Shown: positions 59,714 through 64,000 of the stretch, in pieces
How the letters are laid out: each line of letters starts with the position of its first letter
Position numbering within the stretch: the first letter of the stretch is position 1
IMG/VR virus record: IMGVR_UViG_3300020414_000007
Location: 1 to 64,000 of that record
Reading direction: 5' to 3' (one strand)
Length of the DNA: 64,000 bases
DNA from: a virus
Lineage: Duplodnaviria > Caudoviricetes
Notes under the pieces: generated by a model
Seen by the model: the letters and a program-made list of their open reading frames with translations, nothing else
Databases searched by the model: none
What the model was told of the DNA's origin: nothing
Program-made: the position numbers and the translations under genes

Positions 59714-59940
59714 ATCGTTCATCCCTTAGGGGACGCAAGTAAGTCGCGGAACGGAGCGTTCATCCCATGCTAGGATTCTTCCTACTTTATACCACAATTA
59801 ACTGTATTGATGCTGCCGATATGATCGGTCGTCTCGATGCACATGATGGTATGAGCGACGCAGTGAAGGCAGAACTTGTTGAAGTAATTCAAGAAGCAAC
59901 ACCACACTGCTCATGGGACGCAAACGACTAAAGGAACGGG
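59714..59940 (+). ncRNA. tandem glutamine-riboswitch-like (glnA / Downstream-peptide) aptamers
   Basis: Two CGTTCATCCC...GGGACGCAA...GGAACGG units directly upstream of a YRG-motif gene. Confidence 0.75.
59767..59931 (+). CDS. 54-aa ORF nested in the second aptamer
   Basis: MLGFFLLYTTINCIDAADMIGRLDAHDGMSDAVKAELVEVIQEATPHCSWDAND; GGAG 11-14 nt upstream. Confidence 0.6.
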   Translation: MLGFFLLYTTINCIDAADMIGRLDAHDGMSDAVKAELVEVIQEATPHCSWDAND

Positions 59941-59973
59941 CCTAAAAATCCAACTACTTTAGGAGTAAATCTA

Positions 59974-60117
59974 ATGGCACAAATTACTTACCGTGGCGTT
60001 AAGTATAACGCTGAGCAATACAAGGCAAAGGTCCTTGCAGAGCAGGATCAGCGCAGAAACCATGAGCTTATGTATCGTGGTATCAAAGTTGATCGCAAAT
60101 TCGCATCCAAGAGCTGA
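59974..60117 (+). CDS. DUF4278-like small protein (two YRG motifs)
   Basis: MAQITYRGVKY...LMYRGIK; SD AGGAG. Confidence 0.85.
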   Translation: MAQITYRGVKYNAEQYKAKVLAEQDQRRNHELMYRGIKVDRKFASKS

Positions 60118-60121
60118 GATC

Positions 60122-60223
60122 ATGGAAGCACTACAAGTCGTCGGTGGAATCTCCATCGGTTGTGTAGCATTTCTATTTCTCATTATGGGTGAAGTCCACC
60201 TACTAAAAGTTAGTAGGGGGTAA
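60122..60223 (+). CDS. 33-aa membrane peptide
   Basis: MEALQVVGGISIGCVAFLFLIMGEVHLL. Confidence 0.6.
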   Translation: MEALQVVGGISIGCVAFLFLIMGEVHLLKVSRG

Positions 60224-60227
60224 AGAG

Positions 60228-60392
60228 ATGCGGGTCAAACTGGTTTTCGATTATGGACTTCCAGATTATGACCCCGAGAAGCACGATCCAGATAAGACAT
60301 TTGCATTTCTTGTCTATCGCGGTGTGTCATATGCTAAATGGGTTAACCTCAAGAAGCATTTTGGCACATCTTCTTGGAAAGTTACGTCTTGA
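60228..60392 (+). CDS. second YRG-motif small protein
   Basis: ...AFLVYRGVSYAKW. Confidence 0.65.
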   Translation: MRVKLVFDYGLPDYDPEKHDPDKTFAFLVYRGVSYAKWVNLKKHFGTSSWKVTS

Positions 60393-60396
60393 ATGT

Positions 60397-60422
60397 GAGG
60401 GGGTTTACCACCCTCTTTTTTT
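60397..60422 (+). terminator. intrinsic terminator
   Basis: GAGGGGG...ACCCTC followed by a T run. Confidence 0.75.
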
Positions 60423-60456
60423 GTGCTAATATATAATGTAACTCTGTATCTCAGTT

Positions 60457-61131
60457 ATGAAAATCTTTCTCGACAGTAGTGATGTTGAAGAAATTAGAGC
60501 AGCAAACGAGACAGGATTGATTGATGGTGTAACAACTAACCCGTCACTGATTCTTAAGTCTGGGGGTGATCCAGTAGAAGTCATTTCAGATATTGCTGAG
60601 ATGTTTCCATGGGATTCATCCATCTCCGCTGAAGTAGTAGGTGAAACCTACGAAGATATGATCGATATGGCAGATGATTATATTCAGATCAATCCTAATA
60701 TCACTATTAAAGTGCCGTGCACAGTCGAAGGACTGAAAGCATGTAAAGAATTGGCAGCGGATGACATTAAAGTAAATGTCACGCTCATCTTTAGCACAGC
60801 ACAAGCAATCCTTGCTGCCAAAGCAGGGGCAACTTATGTGTCACCTTTTGTAGGTAGATGCAATGATAACTCAGTGTCTGGTGTGGAGTTGGTCCGAGCG
60901 ATCTCCAACACATACCAGTCACATGGCGTGAAGACAAACATTCTTGCTGCATCACTTCGTGATGTGCATCATGTGTCACGCTGTTTCCTTTATGGAGCAG
61001 ACGTAGTAACCATGCCACCTAAGGTCTTCTGGAAGATGTATGATCATGTACTGACTCGTGAAGGTCTTGCAATCTTTGATAAAGATTGGGCACAAGTACA
61101 GGAGATGATGAGTGAATTACGAAAAGGTTAA
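60457..61131 (+). CDS. talC: transaldolase (TalC type)
   Basis: IFLDS, GVTTNPSL, TIKVP, YVSPFVGR. Confidence 0.96.
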   Translation: MKIFLDSSDVEEIRAANETGLIDGVTTNPSLILKSGGDPVEVISDIAEMFPWDSSISAEVVGETYEDMIDMADDYIQINPNITIKVPCTVEGLKACKELAADDIKVNVTLIFSTAQAILAAKAGATYVSPFVGRCNDNSVSGVELVRAISNTYQSHGVKTNILAASLRDVHHVSRCFLYGADVVTMPPKVFWKMYDHVLTREGLAIFDKDWAQVQEMMSELRKG

Positions 61132-61273
61132 AGCGATTGCACACAACCTCAAGTTACTTGCACAAAGTCTTGAGGATGCTATCAAAGAGGATGCTACGGC
61201 ATACGTTGCACCTCCACACACTACTAAATTTGGTTATCGTTATGACGATGACGATGATGGATACGCTGATTAA
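61112..61273 (+). CDS. small acidic-tailed hypothetical protein (absent from the ORF track)
   Basis: GTG start: MNYEKVKAIAHNLKLLAQSLE...YDDDDDGYAD; SD AGGAG. Confidence 0.65.
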   Translation: MNYEKVKAIAHNLKLLAQSLEDAIKEDATAYVAPPHTTKFGYRYDDDDDGYAD

Positions 61274-61275
61274 TT

Positions 61276-61497
61276 ATGAAACTATTAACGCTTGAAGATT
61301 ATCAAAAGGCAGGAGAAACATTCTGGCCAAAGTATTGGTATGTTGCCAAAGAACTTGGTGAAGATGCTAAGACTGAAGACATTATTAAAGTGCTTGAGTC
61401 CATCGGCACGGTTGCACTGCGACTAAAGATGGAGGAAAAAGAGGGACCATTTGGTTTCAACAAACAAGATAATGAGGAGGTATCCGAAAATGGGTGA
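61276..61497 (+). CDS. conserved cyanophage hypothetical protein
   Basis: YQKAGETFWPKYWYVAKELG. Confidence 0.75.
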   Translation: MKLLTLEDYQKAGETFWPKYWYVAKELGEDAKTEDIIKVLESIGTVALRLKMEEKEGPFGFNKQDNEEVSENG

Positions 61498-61636
61498 AGA
61501 CAGTCTACTAGACATATGGAACGAGTTGTCATGGTTCGACGGTGCTATGTTTACAGTATGGTTGGGCATTCTTTATTATGGAAAGTGTAAAATTGATCAT
61601 CACTTTGAGAGACTAAAAAGCAAATGGGATAGATGA
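61490..61636 (+). CDS. small membrane protein
   Basis: TM segment; SD GAGGAGG. Confidence 0.6.
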   Translation: MGEDSLLDIWNELSWFDGAMFTVWLGILYYGKCKIDHHFERLKSKWDR

Positions 61637-61965
61637 AACCACAGTCCGCTAAGGCAAAGGGCAGAAACTTTCAGAAATGGGTAAGGGACATGCTGATCGA
61701 GCATCGGGATGTCCACCCCGAAGACATTGAATCACGAAGCATGGGTGCTGGTGGGGAAGATCTTATCATGGCACGAGATGCTAGGAAGAAGTTTCCCTTC
61801 AGTATCGAATGTAAAAATGTAGAGAAGTTAAATGTATATGATGCTTACGATCAGGCATCTGCCAACTCTGGAGATCATGAACCTATCCTATTCATGAAGA
61901 AGAATCGTAAGAAAGCTTTAGTGGTAGTGGATGCCGAATGGTTTATCAAAAACTTTAAGGCTTGA
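61633..61965 (+). CDS. Holliday-junction-resolvase-like PD-(D/E)XK nuclease
   Basis: SAKAKGR, GEDL, IECK. Confidence 0.8.
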   Translation: MKPQSAKAKGRNFQKWVRDMLIEHRDVHPEDIESRSMGAGGEDLIMARDARKKFPFSIECKNVEKLNVYDAYDQASANSGDHEPILFMKKNRKKALVVVDAEWFIKNFKA

Positions 61966-61990
61966 CACTATCCCCTCAACCATATATAAT
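61962..61990 (+). promoter_or_regulatory. consensus sigma70 promoter
   Basis: TTGACA-17-TATAAT. Confidence 0.85.
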
Positions 61991-62017
61991 ATGGAGGTCA
62001 TCAAGAGGGGATCAAAA

Positions 62018-62170
62018 ATGGAAGAAGACGTTTTGCGAGACGCCGACTTTCTAAATCACACTGTAGAGGTGTTGATTGACCAGCTTCACGAAGCTGTGAG
62101 TCATGGCGACTACGCCGAGGCAAATCTATATGCTAAGAAGATCCGAGAATTAGAGCATGATTGTAATTGA
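62018..62170 (+). CDS. hypothetical protein
   Basis: SD GAGGGG, downstream of the promoter. Confidence 0.55.
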   Translation: MEEDVLRDADFLNHTVEVLIDQLHEAVSHGDYAEANLYAKKIRELEHDCN

Positions 62171-62729
62171 TCCATTTCGTATCCCTATGATCATTATCCC
62201 AGTCATGAATTGGGAAAAGAAAAAAGAATATATCAACCTGCCTGAATATACTGATGCTCATCTGGAGCAAGGTGTCACTGTCTATACAGACTTCTTCGAT
62301 AACTATCAGTCCGACACCCAACCAGAGTATGCAGACAGACTATTCAAGGCACTCAAACCTGAGTTAGAAGATTTCAAATGCGAGAAGTTTCTCCCAGAGG
62401 GACCTATCCAGATCCCTTATGTGTGGTTTCAGACTGCACTCAAAGGCAACAGACACGCTCTCCACAATCATGGACAGACTGGATTCTCTGCAGTCCTGTA
62501 TTACGACTTTGATCCTGAGCAACATCAGGCAACAACGTTTTATTGTCCATTCAATCACTACAATACAGGGAGTGAGATGTCTTTTACACCAAGATGTAAC
62601 GAAGGAGATCTAGTTATCTTCCCGTCTTACATACTGCACGAATCACAACCACATACTTCAGATAAACCAAGGACTATTGTCTCTTGGAATATGTTACCAA
62701 CATACGACACACCAAGAATTCTTGTTTAA
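62157..62729 (+). CDS. 2OG-Fe(II) oxygenase
   Basis: HNHG, SAVLY, FPSYILHES, RTIVSWN. Confidence 0.87.
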   Translation: MIVIDPFRIPMIIIPVMNWEKKKEYINLPEYTDAHLEQGVTVYTDFFDNYQSDTQPEYADRLFKALKPELEDFKCEKFLPEGPIQIPYVWFQTALKGNRHALHNHGQTGFSAVLYYDFDPEQHQATTFYCPFNHYNTGSEMSFTPRCNEGDLVIFPSYILHESQPHTSDKPRTIVSWNMLPTYDTPRILV

Positions 62730-62739
62730 CTAATCCACT

Positions 62740-62813
62740 GGTCTAGTAGCTCAGCGGATTAGAGCAACTGCCTTCTAAGCAGTCGGTCGTAGGTTCGAAT
62801 CCTACCTAGATCG
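62740..62813 (+). tRNA. tRNA-Arg(TCT)
   Basis: Cloverleaf: acceptor GGTCTAG/CTAGATC, anticodon stem ACTGC/GCAGT with loop CT-TCT-AA, T-arm GTAGG-TTCGAAT-CCTAC; no encoded CCA. Confidence 0.95.
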
Positions 62814-62855
62814 TCGGCAGCGATGCCGTGTTACAGACAAACAAGGAGCGATCAC

Positions 62856-63074
62856 ATGACAGTTAGAGATCGATTTTCGGATGTGCTTGACATTGTTAAG
62901 CTAGGTGCATCTGGTGAAGTATCCCTTGACCAGGAGTATCCACCCCTCTTCTCTGCTCTGTGCAGATTCTATTCTGATTACAGAGGTGTCCAGTTTTGGG
63001 GGATCGATGTAGAAGAAGATTACTCTATTCTAATTGACCACTTGCTTGCTGATCACGTCTTGGAGATGACGTAA
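62856..63074 (+). CDS. hypothetical protein
   Basis: SD AAGGAG; GVQFWG..EEDY. Confidence 0.7.
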   Translation: MTVRDRFSDVLDIVKLGASGEVSLDQEYPPLFSALCRFYSDYRGVQFWGIDVEEDYSILIDHLLADHVLEMT

Positions 63075-63108
63075 ACATCTACCCTGGTGGAGTCATTGAC
63101 CCTTAATT

Positions 63109-63795
63109 ATGGATATTTTTTATCACCAATATGATTCAAGGACTACTGATACTCACGCTCTCTCTTTAGAGGGCGTGGGTTACCCTCCAGAATCTTTAGT
63201 ATCACTTCAAGAAGAGCAGACATCATGGACACAGTGTCCTGCATGGCGTCACAAAGCGTCTCGCACTTTTGTTATCCGCTCTCCTTTGGACATTACTATT
63301 CAATTAGATCCTCTTCAAAGTAATCTTACTGACCAACGATTCCATCGTTTTGTTGATGAGATTATTGGAAAGACAATCCAACTAAGCATTCCTGAGTTTC
63401 TTTTTTGGACTCATAAAAAGAATGTTTGGATTGAGCAAAGACCACACCCACTCACTTCATTAAATAATTATGTCTGTGTAGGTGGGTGGTTTTCTTTATC
63501 AGCATGGTGTAGACCACTTGGTGTTGGTATTGAAGTGATTGATCCGAGTAAACCTGTAACAATAAAAAGAGGGGACCCCCTCTACGAGGTCTGCTTTTAC
63601 CCTCCTGATCTAGACACAAAGATTAGATTGGTAAAGGACTATCCATCTGATAAAATTATCAGAGAGGTAGACGCTAGGGTTGGTATTAAAAAATATGCTA
63701 ATCATTTTGTAGACCACCTGCTATTCCGTAAACAGGAGAGTAGATGTCCCTTTGCCTTGGGACGGCGTAAAAAGCACACTGGTCGGGATAAATGA
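63109..63795 (+). CDS. hypothetical protein (CPA-motif family)
   Basis: QCPAW, W.RP, IKRGDPL. Confidence 0.7.
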   Translation: MDIFYHQYDSRTTDTHALSLEGVGYPPESLVSLQEEQTSWTQCPAWRHKASRTFVIRSPLDITIQLDPLQSNLTDQRFHRFVDEIIGKTIQLSIPEFLFWTHKKNVWIEQRPHPLTSLNNYVCVGGWFSLSAWCRPLGVGIEVIDPSKPVTIKRGDPLYEVCFYPPDLDTKIRLVKDYPSDKIIREVDARVGIKKYANHFVDHLLFRKQESRCPFALGRRKKHTGRDK

Positions 63796-64000
63796 CAACC
63801 TTTAATAATAAGATTGCAAAACCATCTACAGATTTCATATGGGGTGACTTCATTAGTCACAAAATATGTGATGATCTGATTGACTTCTATCACACCCAAG
63901 ACTATCTAAAACCTACCGAAGGTATGGTGCTAGAGCAGGGTGTGAGAGTTGTCAGACCAGAGAGAAAAGAATCAACGGATCTTTCGATTCCCTATTATCT
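63792..64000 (+). CDS. 3'-truncated probable 2OG-Fe(II) oxygenase
   Basis: ICDDLIDFY...KESTD resembles the N-terminus of phage P4H-like proteins; catalytic part lies outside the window. Confidence 0.5.
   Translation, partial: MTTFNNKIAKPSTDFIWGDFISHKICDDLIDFYHTQDYLKPTEGMVLEQGVRVVRPERKESTDLSIPYY

Noticed and set aside
59971-60223. Track ORFs 59993..60223 (+) and 59971..60183 (-)
   Set aside because: Better explained by 59974..60117 and 60122..60223; the former has a clear SD and YRG motifs
63076-63104. Short element ACCCTGGTGGAGTCATTGACCC upstream of 63109
   Set aside because: Single copy with only weak pairing; not enough to call an RNA element
1-64000. CRISPR array, IS element or integrase
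   Set aside because: No regularly spaced direct repeats, transposase or recombinase motifs seen by eye

Overview
64 kb of a T4-like marine cyanomyovirus genome (Kyanoviridae-type; petE/ptox/gnd/zwf/talC point to a picocyanobacterial, probably Synechococcus, host). Almost all genes are on the + strand. Order: Lys-rich putative internal head proteins; a photosynthesis/pentose-phosphate cluster (petE, ptox, gnd, a hidden 43-aa NdhP-like ORF, zwf); g17-g23 head/tail genes; a stand-alone structured RNA; g3, uvsY, uvsW, g55, g47, g46; a vWA/CobS pair; g45, g44, an endonuclease + 3x 2OG-oxygenase + dam insert, g62, regA; a convergent six-gene envelope-targeted late cassette; hsp20, g43, uvsX, g41, mazG; a block with a ligase-like gene, a cytidylyltransferase and more internal-protein-like genes; g61, nrdA, nrdB; talC; tRNA-Arg(TCT). 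Best candidates for something new: (1) a nitrogen-sensing module at 59.6-60.4 kb (NtcA box, two interlocking glutamine-riboswitch-like aptamers, a 54-aa ORF nested in one aptamer stem, two YRG-motif small proteins); (2) a small protein whose N-terminus copies the cleavage site and N-arm of mature gp23; (3) an RNA-ligase-like/cytidylyltransferase pair; (4) the envelope cassette, one gene of which has no canonical start codon. All calls come from reading motifs by eye; no database searches were run, so novelty is unverified.
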